A stretch of 64,000 nt of DNA from Camelus ferus (taxonomy: Eukaryota): NCBI RefSeq assembly GCF_009834535.1, contig NC_045717.1:7006001-7070000 (forward strand). The letters run 5' to 3'. This document shows positions 36,811 to 49,399 of this stretch, piece by piece. Under the pieces are notes generated by a model. That model searched no databases. It saw only the letters and a program-made list of their open reading frames with translations, and had not been told where the DNA came from. Position 1 is the first letter of the stretch. Each line of letters begins with the position of its first letter. The position numbers and the translations under genes were made by a program.

Positions 36811-37069
36811 ATGTTGCACATCTCTGCCACAGTGGGGGAGACAAAGGAGAATGTCGCTCTACCTGACCGAGCAGAGAAGCTTCCCAGAGGAAGTGAGGAC
36901 GGAACTGGGTCCAGCAGTGAGGCGGGCAGTGGGAGGGCATTCCAGGCAGAGAGAACCGCCCCTGCAAAGAACTACGTAAGATCACTTATCCAAAAATGCT
37001 TTGCAATGAATTCTACAAATCTCAGTTATTATGATTGAGTAATTTCCTGAGAAGTAGAGGGAAGGAAGG

Positions 37070-37430
37070 TATCTGAGGTCAGGGTGCCCAGAGCAGACTC
37101 TGAGCTGAGTATTTGCGGGCGTGTGATTTATTAAGGAGCTGTTTTCAGTAAGAGAGCGAGGGAAGGACAACAGAGAAGGGAAGGAAGCCAAGTAAGGGTG
37201 CACACTGGGGCAAAGGCCCAGCCTCGGCCTGATCCCGCAGGGAGACTGGGGCGGACGTTACCCTCAGAGTTTGCGCTGATTCTGGACACCAGCTCTGGGC
37301 TTTCAGACTGCAGTACCAGCCAGTCACTGGCCAAGGTGCAGAGTGGAAGGAGAATGCAAGTTCTCAGGCACGGCCCTCTCTTGGCCTCTGGGTAAAGCAT
37401 CTCCAGTCCCGGGCAACCTTGCAAATACAG
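37070..37430. mobile_element. ERVL LTR remnant, LTR16/LTR33-like
   Basis: TCAGGGTGCCCAGAGCAGACTCTGAG...TTTGCGGGCGTGTGATTTATTAAGGAG; subfamily uncertain. Confidence 0.55.
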
Positions 37431-37756
37431 TGCAGGTACAGGCTGATAGACACAGAGAACACAGATGCCAGGAAAGATGGGGGAGCCGGGGAGAGCAACA
37501 AGAGTGTGACAGTGTTGGGTGCAGAGACAGAGAAGCACCCCAGGGGGAGGGGGACCAGTAACACTGGGCCTGGCAAATTCCTATAAGTTCTGAAGACTGT
37601 ACCCTTAGGGCCTCTCTAGCTGGAAGCAGGCAGAACTAGGGGAAGAGCTATGGACACAGAACCTGAGCTCTGATCCTGACTCTGCCACTGGGTGAGTGTG
37701 TGGGTAACCCTCAGAGGGCAGCACCCTCGTCTGTAAAATAAGAATGAGAGCATATT

Positions 37757-38743
37757 GAAAAAACAAATAACCCAATCAAAACTGAGCAGAAGACCTAAAC
37801 AGACATTTCTCCACAGAAGACATACAGATGGCCAACAGGCACCTGAAAAAATGCTCAGCATTGCTTATTATTAAGGAAATGCAGATCAAAACCACGGTAA
37901 GGTATCACTTCACACCAGTCAGAATGGTCATCATCAAAAAGTCTACAAACAAATGCTGGGGAGGGTGTGGAGAAAGGGGAACCCTCCTACACTGTTGGTG
38001 GGAATGTAAATTGGTGCAGCCACTATGGAAAATGGCATAGAGTTTCCTTAAAAAGCCAAAAATAGAGTTACCGTATGATCCAGCAATCTCACTCCTGAGT
38101 ATATATCTGGAAAAGATGAAAACTCTAATTTAGAAAGATACATGCACCCCAATGTTCATAGCAGGACTATTTATAATAGCNNNNNNNNNNNNNNNNNNNN
38201 NNNNNNNNNNNNNNNNNNNNNNNNNNNNNNNNNNNNNNNNNNNNNNNNNNNNNNNNNNNNNNNNNNNNNNNNNNNNNNNNNNNNNNNNNNNNNNNNNNNN
38301 NNNNNNNNNNNNNNNNNNNNNNNNNNNNNNNNNNNNNNNNNNNNNNNNTGCAGCATAATGGGTGGACCTAGAGAATATTGTATTTAGTGAAGTCAGAGAA
38401 AGACAAATATTATATGATATCACTTATATGTGGAATCTGAAAAACAATACAAATGAATCTACATATAAAACAGACTCACAGACATAGGAAAGAATCTTAT
38501 GGTTACCAAAGAGGAAAGGGAGTGAGGAGGGGATAAATTAGGAATATGGGATTAACAGACACAAACTACTGTACATAAAATAGACAAGTAACAAGGATTT
38601 ACTGTCTAGCACAGGGAACAATATTCAATGTCTTATAATAACCTATAGTGTAAAATAATCTGAAAACACTGATTTTTTGTTTTGCTGTATACCTGAAATT
38701 AATACAGTATTATAAATCAACTATACTTTAATAAAAAAAAAAG
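37757..38743 (+). mobile_element. 5'-truncated LINE-1 (ORF2 C-terminus + 3'UTR + polyA), contains N gap, splits a MIR
   Basis: ORF 37828-38040 encodes ...[14 protein letters not shown]...[14 protein letters not shown], the L1 ORF2p C-terminal Cys-rich motif. Ends ATCAACTATACTTTAATAAAAAAAA. TSD-like AGAATGAGA(GC)ATATT 37741-37756 / AGAATGAGAATATT 38744-38757. Confidence 0.95.
38181..38348. other. Assembly gap (168 N) inside the L1
   Basis: N run. Confidence 1.
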
Positions 38744-39529
38744 AGAATGAGAATATTAACTTGGAGGGTAGTGCTGAAGATTAGAGGTGGGGCCAGGCAT
38801 ACACAGTAGGCACTCAATAAATGGTGACATCCTTGCCAATTTGCACCAGCCGTGAGGGAAATATTTAGTCTGTGTCCCAGCACACGGTCTGATTACCACC
38901 CCACTTCCCAGGAGGATGGGGAAAGAGAGGGGGTGAACTCCACCTACAGTCTAAAAGCCTACTGTGTGAAGTGTCTTCCCAACTTAAAGATCTTCCATTC
39001 CCACGTAGTCACGCAGGCACCCCCGGGAGGCACCTTCAGGTCATTCGGCCACTATTTAACAGATGGGGAGGCCCAGAGAAAGAAAGGAATTTTCCCAAGG
39101 TCCCACAATCCCAAAACAGGGCTGGCAAATAGGGGTCACCCCATGTGCCAACTCTGGTCAACTGGTTGTGGCTGTAACAAGATTTCTGGGGCTTTATTTG
39201 GGCTCAGTGGAAAAGAATGTCAGGCTCAATTAGTCATGTCTGCCTTGGGTTGAAAGGGTACAGACGAAGTACTTACATTACTGCAGAAGATGAAAAAATG
39301 CTTTGGCCCTGCTCACCAACTTCTACCTTCTCCCTAAAAAGTTTAGCAATATTTTTATTCTCGTAGGCAATGGTTCCAAAATAAATCTAAAGGACTTTAG
39401 GGGGAAAAAACCTAATATCCCAAATTGGGAAATCACTAGTAAAAGCCAGGGTGTAGCAATTGTAACTCTTGACCATCACCCAGGCACAATAACCTTGGAA
39501 TCCAGTGAGTGACTCAAGTGTCCCAAATT

Positions 39530-39925
39530 ATAGTGAGTATTTGTTGTTCCTATTTCCTTTCCTAATAGTGTCTCAATTTCCTCACATGGAATTGCCTGTT
39601 CCCCATCGCACATGGTCTATTCCATCTGTTCTAACCTGCCTCCCACCAAGCCTAGAATTAGAATCTTACACAAGGAGACAAAAAGACTGGAAATGGTGGG
39701 GACTTTTCCCCTCCAGTGGTGCCTTGTTGGCCATTCAGACTCAGAATGAAGAGACACCCCCATCACAGATCACTGCTGTGGTCTGTGTCTCTTGCTAGTT
39801 GGCAATTTCCTCAAGGACAGGGACTCTGTCTTGTTCACTGGTTTATTTCCAAAGCCTAGCAAATCTCTGACATAGTTAGCATTCAGTCATTTTTTGAGGT
39901 TCTTGAATGAATTAATGAATGCACA
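39530..39925 (+). mobile_element. L2 3' fragment
   Basis: CAATTTCCTCAAGGACAGGGACTCTGTCTTGTTCACTGG...TGAATGAATTAATGAATG tail. Confidence 0.65.
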
Positions 39926-39929
39926 AGTG

Positions 39930-40145
39930 TTAGAAAACATACAAGTTCTGAATCAGAGGACAGGATTTAAAAGCTATCCTTGCTTCTCACTAGCCATGTG
40001 AGCTTGAGCAGACAAACCTGTTACTTCTCTGAACCTCAGTTCTCTCATCTATTAAATGGATACAGTTATACATACCTCTCAGGATTGTTGGCAGGTTTAA
40101 ATGATATAATGGACGTGAAAGTGTTTTATAAACTATAAGTGATGT
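39930..40145 (+). mobile_element. MIR
   Basis: CTAGCCATGTGAGCTTGAGCA...CTCTGAACCTCAGTTCTCTCATCTATTAAATGG. Confidence 0.75.
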
Positions 40146-40269
40146 GCAGAGGGCAATTACACCAAGGAAAGGAGGAGGCTGGTAGCACGCCTGGATAATA
40201 CAAATAAAAAGTTCACCCTAGCAGATAACTAAGATCAGGATGAAGCAGGCATTGTTCTTGTCCAAAAAA

Positions 40270-40900
40270 AATTTGTAATTCAATGTCTGTTACAAGTTGA
40301 AAGTCACAGAAAATTTAATTCAAACATAAGGGGAACCTATTGACTGAAAAAAAAAAAACAAAACTGGGAAATGTTTGATACTGACTTCAGGTAAGGTTCG
40401 ATCCAGTAGTTTAAATGTGTCATTAAGGATTTAGTTTCTAAGAACCAAAGACTCAGTGGCTAAACACCAGTGAGTAGTCCAGTTACTGAGCACATGGTAA
40501 GAACATAAGACATTTTTATTGGAAAAAAAATTGCCCTTAATCTGACATACAGAACAAGTATAAACTTTGATGATTCAGAAGTCAAGATGTGTGGTTGCAT
40601 ACAACAGAAACTAACTTAGGCAAAAGAAACTTATGGGAAGAACTTTAAGCAGGCTGGAGAATAAGGCTTGAAAGTGGACAGGAATCAATGATCGGCACGG
40701 TCAGGTCAGGAAGTGTCATGTCAGCCAATGTAAAGAATCCCAAGGTCAATGGGAAGCATGGAGGAATTGGCACAGAAGACTGATTTCCTGAAGTCCAAAG
40801 ATCTGAGAAACAGTAATAAAGGGGAATCGATAAGATGTGGAGGGAGCTAGCGTATGGCAAAAGAGTCAAGAATTATCTGCCAGGTCTGAGCCTGGCAGCT
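40270..40900. mobile_element. Degraded MLT1-like LTR fragments
   Basis: GTTACAAGTTGAAAGTCACAGAAAA...CTTCAGGTAAGGTTCGATCCAG and GGTTGCATACAACAGAAAC; boundaries uncertain. Confidence 0.45.
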
Positions 40901-41336
40901 GGCATTCACTGAAGTGGAGAGAGGACAGCTTCACCCCACTGCCTTGAGTAGGGGTGGTATGACCGGCGCCATTTGTCCTGCAGAAGGCTCAGCCCAGGCA
41001 GCCTGCCCAGGGAACTGGCCAGAGAGGGATGGACTAGCAGAGGGTGCCCAGTTTTGTATCGGACGTCAGGGTAATTCCAAACTCTTTTTGGGTACAGAGA
41101 TGGGCCTCCAGAGCCAAGTTCTGGGATGCTCTCTGCCTCTGGCTTCCCGCCATGGGCATCATCTGCAGAGAATATTCAAAGATGTAAACATAATGATTTC
41201 ATCAAGGTCCGCGTGTCAGGGGACACATGTGTAGGCGATGGCAGCCCATCAAACCGTGGAAATTCTGACCCGAGAGGTTCAGACACAACAATGTGGAGGC
41301 TTCCCTCCCCCGCATTCCCGCTGGCCTGTGCCCAGT

Positions 41337-41559
41337 NNNNNNNNNNNNNNNNNNNNNNNNNNNNNNNNNNNNNNNNNNNNNNNNNNNNNNNNNNNNNNNN
41401 NNNNNNNNNNNNNNNNNNNNNNNNNNNNNNNNNNNNNNNNNNNNNNNNNNNNNNNNNNNNNNNNNNNNNNNNNNNNNNNNNNNNNNNNNNNNNNNNNNNN
41501 NNNNNNNNNNNNNNNNNNNNNNNNNNNNNNNNNNNNNNNNNNNNNNNNNNNNNNNNNNN
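41337..41559. other. Assembly gap (223 N)
   Basis: N run. Confidence 1.
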
Positions 41560-41996
41560 GAAGTGATTGCTGCTTCTAAGCATAAACGGAAGAGTTAGAA
41601 ATATGTTGCTCCCTATTTTTATCATTATAAAGCCCTCTTTTCATCACCGCTGTCTCTCCCTAGGACATACATTCATTGGTTACCTTTATCCAACCCTGCA
41701 TTCCATGAAGGAAGGGACCTACATTCACTGAGGACCTACTATGTGCCAAGGGCTTTATACACTAAGTCTGAACTCTTGGTTGCAAGCAACAGAACTCCAG
41801 TTGAATCAGCTTAGGGTAAAACAAAAGGGGGTGGGATGTAGAAAGGACCTTGAAATATCTCATAATTTTATGATCAAACAAAAATCAAATATTTAAACCA
41901 TAAGAAGTACAGAGAAGAAGCTAGAGCCACTAACTCAAATCCCAGCAGAGCTGAGAAAGCACTCCCTCCCTCTCTCTCTCATCTCTCTCTATCTTA

Positions 41997-42730
41997 CAAT
42001 CAACTCTCATTTTTCACAGATTCTGTTTTTGTGAATTTGACTACTTAGGGAAATTCATTTGCAATCCCCAAATCAATATTTGTGGCATTTCACAGTCATT
42101 TGTGGACATGCATAGAGTGGTGAAAATTTGGGGTTTTCTGATGCACACATTACCAGCTAAGGTCAAACTTGGTGACACTCTATATGCAGAATAGATGAAC
42201 AAGATTATACTGTGTAGCACAGGGAAATATATACAAGATCTTGCGGTAGCTCACAGCGAAAAAAAAATGTGACAATGAATATATGTATGTTCATGTATAA
42301 CTGAAAAATTGTGCTCTACACAGGAATTTGATACAACATTGTAAAATGACTATAACTCAATAAAAAGTGTTTAAAAAAAAACAACTTGATGACACTCTGC
42401 TTCCTGGTCTCAGCTTCTGCATTGTGAAAAAAAAAAGTGTCCTTTTTGTACATCTATTTAATTCCGCATTTTTTCTCATTTTGTTGGTGACTTTACTGTT
42501 GAAAATGGTCCCCAAGCAGAGTGCTGAAGGGCTGTCTAGTGATCCTAAGTGCGAGAAGGCCGTGATGTGCCTGATGGAGAAGACGTGTGTTAGATAAGTT
42601 TCGTTCGGGTGTGAGTTATAGCGCTGCTGGCTGCGAGTTTAATGTTAATGAATCAACAATGTATTTTAAATAAGGTGTCTTTAAACAGAAACACGGGCAA
42701 AACAAGGTTATGTATTGATCAGCTGATGAA
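41997..42730 (+). mobile_element. TcMar-Tigger family DNA transposon remnant (subfamily not assigned), interrupted by L1
   Basis: Begins after TA with a CARTC..CTC terminus. Degenerate transposase N-terminal HTH reading (MVPKQSAEGLSSDPKCEKAVMCLMEK, then after a frameshift DKFRSGVSYSAAGCEFNVNEST). Confidence 0.75.
42182..42382 (+). mobile_element. Short lineage-specific L1 3' end nested in a Tigger element
   Basis: L1-type 3'UTR (ACTGTGTAGCACAGGGAAATATATACAAG...GACTATAACTCAATAAAAA). 16-bp TSD AACTTGGTGACACTCT 42166-42181 / AACTTGATGACACTCT 42383-42398. Confidence 0.88.
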
Positions 42731-45700
42731 GGGGCAGAAGGATGGAGAGAGGAGCAAGGAGGAAGGAGGGAAGGGGACAAAGCAGTCGGTGAAGTACAGG
42801 CTTTGGTTGCAGACAAAACATAGGATGCCTGAAGAGCCAATTCACTAACTGGGATGGAGGTTCTATTGTGGGAAATAATCATTTGTTAGCTTAAATAAAC
42901 CCTTTTGCCTCAATTACATGTAATAGAACACAAAGTTATTGACTCAGCCTGGGGAGGAAGGCAGAAGTTCAAACCCACCACCACTCGAAATTGCAGGAAC
43001 TAATTACCCCCAAGGCTTAGGTCAAAGGTTACTGAGGGATTAAAATTGACAGAGGAAACAGAAGCAAGGCCTTGACTCTTGAATTAGCTAATTTGCCCCC
43101 TCTCTTCTGCCGGCTTACCCTGGCTTCTAATGGATGTGCTCTCTTGGTTGGCAGGTCCCTCTGCCCAACAAAGCCACTGTTTGCAGCCGTCTCTGGCTAA
43201 GCTGAACTTTCATTCCACTTAAGACACACAGCCAAGTGAACCTGGGAGATGAAATCATGCTGGTTGGGAAGCACTGATGCCGGTCATGGTCCTCAGCGGC
43301 TGCTAAAACCATGAGGTGAAAACCAGAGGTGCTTGTGGAAGGTGTGGTACCCAGCGCCATCATCCATGTCCCTCAGCCTGGGCCCCCGACTTTGGCCAAC
43401 CAAGTTGCCATTTCTGTGCTGAAGTCATAAATCCCTCCTGGCTCTTTTCTGTTTTCCCAGAGGTTGTGCACTCTTAGCTAGGCCTTTCCACGTGCTGCTT
43501 CTTCTACCCAGAAGATTTCACCTCTTCCACCCCCTTCTATTCCTGCCAATACTTCCTCATTCTTTTGGGTCTCAGCTTCCAGGACTCTTCCTCCAGGAAG
43601 TCCTCACTGACTCCCGCTTTGTACCATCTTTGCCCGTTGTGTCACTCATCACAGTGTGTGGTCATTGTTAACAGTCGTTCTTCTCAATAAGACTCTTGGG
43701 GGCAGAGACTGCAGATTTACTGCTTTATCTCCAAGGAGTCCAGTATAGAGCAGGCACTCAAAATGTTGCAAGCAGGAAGGGAGGAGGAAGGAGGGCAGAA
43801 AGGAGGCATGACCTTGTGCTTTCTTAGCACTGGTGTATGCACTTGGCTGAGCATCGGATTGTGTGTGACTGACTGTTCCTGTGTGTACAGAGTGGGGTGC
43901 GTGTCCACAGGGACCCAAGTGCACAGTGTAGGAGTGCCGTGCAAAAATGGGGGCTATGAAAGCCCCAGCTTTGATTGTCCCGCCTGTCTCCCCTCCCAGC
44001 TGTACCTCCCATCACTCCACCTTGCCCCTCCTGGCTCCTGCCATGCCATATTCCGTAAGCCTCCATACCTTTTTGCTTCCCTCCGCCTTTGCACCTGCTG
44101 TTCCTTCTACCTGGATTGCCCTTTTCCGCTTTCTCCTTGCAGTTAAGTCTCCATTCAGCCTTCCAGAGTTGCCTGACCCCTCACTTCTTTCCCAGTTAGT
44201 CGCCCAGTCCCCTGTGCACTCAGGGCTTCTGGGGGCTACTGCACGCTCTTCTCTTACTGTTTTATAGTCCCCCTGCTCACAGCATTCAACCTCTTGCGGT
44301 GCCCCCATGGGACCATGTTGGGGCACCTCTGTGCTGCCCGCTGTGGAAGGCAGGCTTGCGGCCAGCGTTCCGGGAATGTTTTTGGATTGAGACTATGTAT
44401 TTGTGCATGAGTGTAGCGCTTAGAGGTGCGTGGGTTGGACTAGATTGGAGTCTTCACACTGTTTTCTCATGAATCCCCTTAAATAAAGTCTATCTTTTCA
44501 GTAGAAACCATGTCATATGCAATTAATTTTTTCTAAATCTAATAAATACATGCTAAGAATGAATAAATGAACAGCAACAAGTGACAGCAAATAAGAGATT
44601 TGACACCCAGGTGGAAAAGGAACGTGGATTTATGGTAACCAGTAATCTTTTTGCAGAAGTTAAATGAAAATATTTAAAACATTTCCCCTACAAGCCTTAA
44701 TACAAGTTCAAGAAAAGCCAAAACACGAATTTTCCTCTGATACGAGATGTTTTACTCAAAGACGACCTATAGGAAATCATTTTGGAACATTTCCCTTTTG
44801 GAATCGGGCAAAATATTCCCCCCAAAGACAAAGGACCAAGGAAGGGATGAAGAGAAACACAGGAGGCTCTTTCTTATCACTGAGAATGGTGACACAGCCG
44901 GACCCAGTCCACCCAGCCTGGCAATTCAAAGAATGCCTTTTCCAAATCTTGAATGTTGTCACTCCAAGATGGTTTGGTGGGTAAATAGATGGATGGATGG
45001 AGAGGTCAATCATGGGATTTAGCCATGAGTGTGTGTCCCCTAAATAAAATAAGTTTCTGCCACATTAATATTTCTTTTGTTTTCACAAGACCATCCCTCA
45101 GTAGTGAACACATTCCAGACAATATCGGGGGAATAAAAGAGGCAAGGGAATTAAAGAAAAATTGTCAGTGCTCTCACTCCACCCCACAGCGCGATATGCC
45201 TGAGTTTAGGACAACCCCACCTGCACTAAAACAGGATCCCCACTTTGCCGTTACAAACTGCATCAATGTCAAGGTTGACCCAACCACACACTCAAGGCAC
45301 CAGGATTCAAGGGGGCTCCTCACACGGATGCCGTCCCTTCATTCCACCCTCTGGAGTTTTCTGAACCCAGGAAACGGCTGCAGTGAGACACAGGGAGGGT
45401 GAGAGGTGTGCCTTTTTACTGTAAAGAGGAGGAGGAACTTTGTGGGAAGGGCAGCAGGAAAGGGATCAAGGAAACCACAAGGAGATGCTCCAGCAGATCA
45501 GTTTAGGGAAGAGCACTGGAAAGCTGAGGACCTGCAAATCAATTCCTGTGACATTATTGTACCCATGGGCCTCTCGGAAAGCTCTCGTGTAGCCCGCAGT
45601 GTGTGCATCCCCAGTCTGAAGGCCCTCGGTGGGAACACATGCCCTCACACAGTAGGATAAGATGGGTAGGGAGGAGAATGAGAGGAGAAGAACGGTGCAG

Positions 45701-45882
45701 ACCAGTGGTTCTCTCAGGGCAGTCCCCAGGCCAGCAGCATCGGTATATCCACTGGGATCTTGCACATTCTTGGGCTCACCCAAGACCTATCGGAGCAGAA
45801 CCTGTAGGGGTGAGGCCTGGCAGTCTGCACATTAACAAGCCCTTCCGGCGACTTTGATGCATACCCAAGTGGACAACACTGG
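45701..45882. mobile_element. hAT-Charlie MITE, MER5A-like
   Basis: ACCAGTGGTTCTC...CCAGCAGCATCGG...ATTAACAAGCCCTTCCGGCGACTTTGATGCA...AACACTGGT with inverted termini. Confidence 0.8.
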
Positions 45883-45929
45883 TGCAGATTTTTTTGCTTT
45901 TACCCCTTTCTTCTGGGAATAACACTTCC

Positions 45930-46395
45930 ATATTCCTTTGGAAAAACCAACCCTCCGCCCCTTTCAAACCTTATAGTGGGTGGAACCGGCCTGTAGCTCC
46001 CCACCCCAGCTGCAAGGACTTGCCCATGACCTAGGCCTTGTCACTGAAATATTCTATCTTCCTGAGCACAGTGATCGGTTTAAAGATATGCAGGAGAGAG
46101 AATTGATCCAATCAGAATCAGCCTTGGGAATTTTACTAAAGCCTGTGAAAAATGTATGTTCCTTTTTCTCTGAAGTTGTGAAGCCAGTAGGATGTAAGAG
46201 CTACCGGGAAAATCTTCCTGAGAAGGAAGCCAACAAAGCAGAAAGCTGGGAGAAGAGACTGAGCACCTGGATCCAGCTTTGCCTGAAGTCAGAGGCCTGT
46301 GCACTTTTCTGTTACACAAGTCAATACATTTCCTTATTAGCTTAAGCCCGTTTTCATGTGTTTGTCAGTGGTAGCCAAAGAACCTGGAATGACAC
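45930..46395 (+). mobile_element. MaLR LTR, MLT1J/L-like
   Basis: CCAATCAGAATC...AAGCCAACAAAGCAGAAAGC...CCTGGATCCAGCTTTGCCTGAAG...GTAGCCAAAGAACCTGGAATGACA. Confidence 0.7.
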
Positions 46396-49300
46396 AGAGA
46401 CAGAAGTGGAGGGTCAGGAGGAGTGGAGAGGTAAAATTCTAGAACCCAGTGGATCTAGTTTCAAATCCTGACTTCCCTACTTACTGAGTGACTTTGAACA
46501 TGTCACTTTGCCTCTCTGATTCTCTGTCCTTGGATAGAACAGTGTAATACTAGCTCCCTGGAGGGCTGCTTTGTAGTCATGAGAGTAATGTGCAGGATTC
46601 AGGGAGTCTGACAGGTGACCTTGACCAAGCCTTGACCTTCTTGGAGCCTCGTTTTCCTCATTGGTAAGAGGCAGACAAAAATAACTATCTTAGAGGATTG
46701 TGGTGAGAGTTAAATAAGAGAATTGGGTAAAGTGCCCACACAAAGCTGGTACTCAATAGGAGACAATTCGCCCTGTGCGGCTTGGGCGAATGAAACTTCA
46801 GTCTGTGACAATCTTTTAAAATCAGCCAGCACCTCTGACTCGCCCCAGAGGCCACAAGGAGGCCTGCAGCTGCAGTGGTCAGCCTAGCAGTCTGTAACAT
46901 TCAAAGAGTTGCTCCTTCCGCAAGCAAGCTGAGGAGCTGGGTAGAAATTCTAGCAAGTGCTAATTAGGTCCGTGAAGCTGCCCGAGGGAGGGGAGGAATG
47001 CCTGGCTAATTACTGGCCTGCTCTGCAGGGGGGCCACACACCGGGGCTACCTGCCGCCTGCTCTCCTTGCCAGAGCTGAAAACCTCAGCCAGGGGCCTGG
47101 CGGTTCCGGGACAGGACGGCAAGGGTGAGCCTCACGGCCATCTGGTCCCCGACTCCCCGCCTAATGTTTGTAACAGACCCACTACCTAATTGCATGGTTG
47201 GGGGGCAGCCTTCACATCTTTAGCACTTAATTCACTACTGTTTCTTTGGAAGCCCCCATCCTGTGGCTGCAGAGGGAGGGCTCTGCCCGTTTATGGGGCT
47301 TTCAAGCCCTGGGCATCCCAGCCCAGCCTTGTTAGGCTCCAGCAGGGGAGGCAGCCAGGAGAGCATCTCATTCATGCACTCAGCCTGGGACTTTACACGC
47401 TGCCCCCTCAAGCCCCGCCCAGCCCCTCAGCTCACCTGGTTGGCAGGAACACCTCTAGACCCAGCCTCTCCTGGTTGTCAGGTCCTCCCTACCCACCCAC
47501 CTGGTAAAGACACTTTACTTCTCTCACCCCAAGTTTTAGTGCTTTAGTCCCCTCTCCACCCCAGCAAAAGCAGAGATGAAGAGGAATGGTGGGGAAGTGG
47601 AACGTGGGATGCCATCCTGGATTCAAAGCTGGCTCCGCCACCTTCGACCATGAGACCCAGGGCCAACTGCGCTCTTCTGTGGGCCCAGTTTCCCCATCTA
47701 CAAAATGGGCCTCCTGACAACTATCTTGCAAGGTTCTTGTGAGACCGTAGTAATATGATCACAGCAATAGCCAAGGTACCAGGAGCTTACTCTGCACCAG
47801 GAACCATCCTGCACAAGACCTGTGCACGTCACTGTGATCACAAGGGTCCGTAGGTGCTTGATAGATTTCACTTTCCTCTTCTACCCTAGTTCTTGGGGGA
47901 ATGGGTGGCTGTAGAGGAAGGAGATTGAATCCAAACAATGCCCAAGGATGGGGCAGGTGGGTAGAGAGCACAGCCGTCCCCAAACCCACTTCTCTCCCTG
48001 ATGGGGGTACTGATCCTACCGTTCTTGCCTGCTGGCTCCTTGAAATGCTAGGCAAGGGTCCGTCTTTATTCACTTCGTGCACTCAGGCACATGGCCCCCC
48101 TGTGGGGGTCGGGGGGCAGAAGGTGAGGGTCCAGGATCAAGAGACCTCTACTTTTCTGGGTCAGAGAAGTGAACATGGGAAGGATGCTAAGAGTGACCTG
48201 GCTGGCTGCTGGATGGGACGTTTTGACCTCCCTGGAAGAGCCCTGACTCCCCTCTTTGCTGTACCCCACTGTGTTTATTATCATCTAAATGGGCTTTGTT
48301 ATTAACTCGCCTGGTACCCTCGTGAGAGTCACTTCCACCGTCTGGGTTGTGGTTCCTTCCTCTCTAAAGTAATGAGGTTGAAAGGAGATGGAGAGAAAAA
48401 ACTGAAGACAGAACACCTGACTTCCGGCTCTTACTGGGCAGGAATAGCCCCCAGTTATCTGCTCTGCTACCTCTTTTGAACATTACATGGGCCTTGCAAG
48501 GTAAAAACAATTGGGTTGACGAGGGATGCCGCTCACAGAAAAGACACGACGTGCCCGAGGTCACACAGCTGGCAAAATGGCCAAGTGGACAACAAACTCA
48601 TGTGCTTTAGGTCCCAGATCCCAGTGACCTCGGGGACCCTGGATCCAGAGGGTCGGGGACGGGCTATCATTAGGCACCTGGAAATGTGGTTTATTTCTAC
48701 CTCCTCCCTCTGGAAGGCTAGGAGATGATGGGTACTGGGGCAGCATCAGAGGGCTGCAGGGAAAGACTGAAACTCTGCACAGGTACTGAGGGCTCCAAGC
48801 ATCCAGGCTGGCATCGAGCCACAGGTCTAGGGTCGGACGGATGTGGGTTCACATCCCAGCTCTTATGTAACCTCAGAGAAGTGACTCCACCTCTCAGAGC
48901 CCGCTCTATGAAGTGAGGCTAAAAATGCCCACCCCAAAGGCTGGTTGGGTGGATTCAGTAAGATCGTGCATGGTACTCAGTAGGTGCTTCAAAAGTGGTG
49001 GCTGTTATTACTGGGGTTCCACTCGGCTGGACTGTGGAAACACTCACTCTGGTCCTCCCTCAGGCGAGCATCCTAAGACATCATCCTTGGCTGGGAAATC
49101 TTCCCGCCAGTCCACTGTGCTTATCATGAACATATTTCTCATAGCTCGGGAAATGTCCAGAAAGCTCTGTCCACATCTTCCAAAGTCAGACCCAGACAGG
49201 GTTAGTGACTTGCTCCAGGGCACCTAGCAAGTCTCTAGAGGGCCAAGAAAAGGAAATCACCACTGGCGCTGTGGCCCCTGGGATGGAGCAAAGGCAAGGT

Positions 49301-49399
49301 GTTGGGTGCTGGAGGTGCTGGCAGCCTGCGGGATGAGAAGGGAGGCCCAAGAATGTGCTAGGGCAGGATGCTGGCAAAGCCAGCAGCAGGAGGCAGTGC

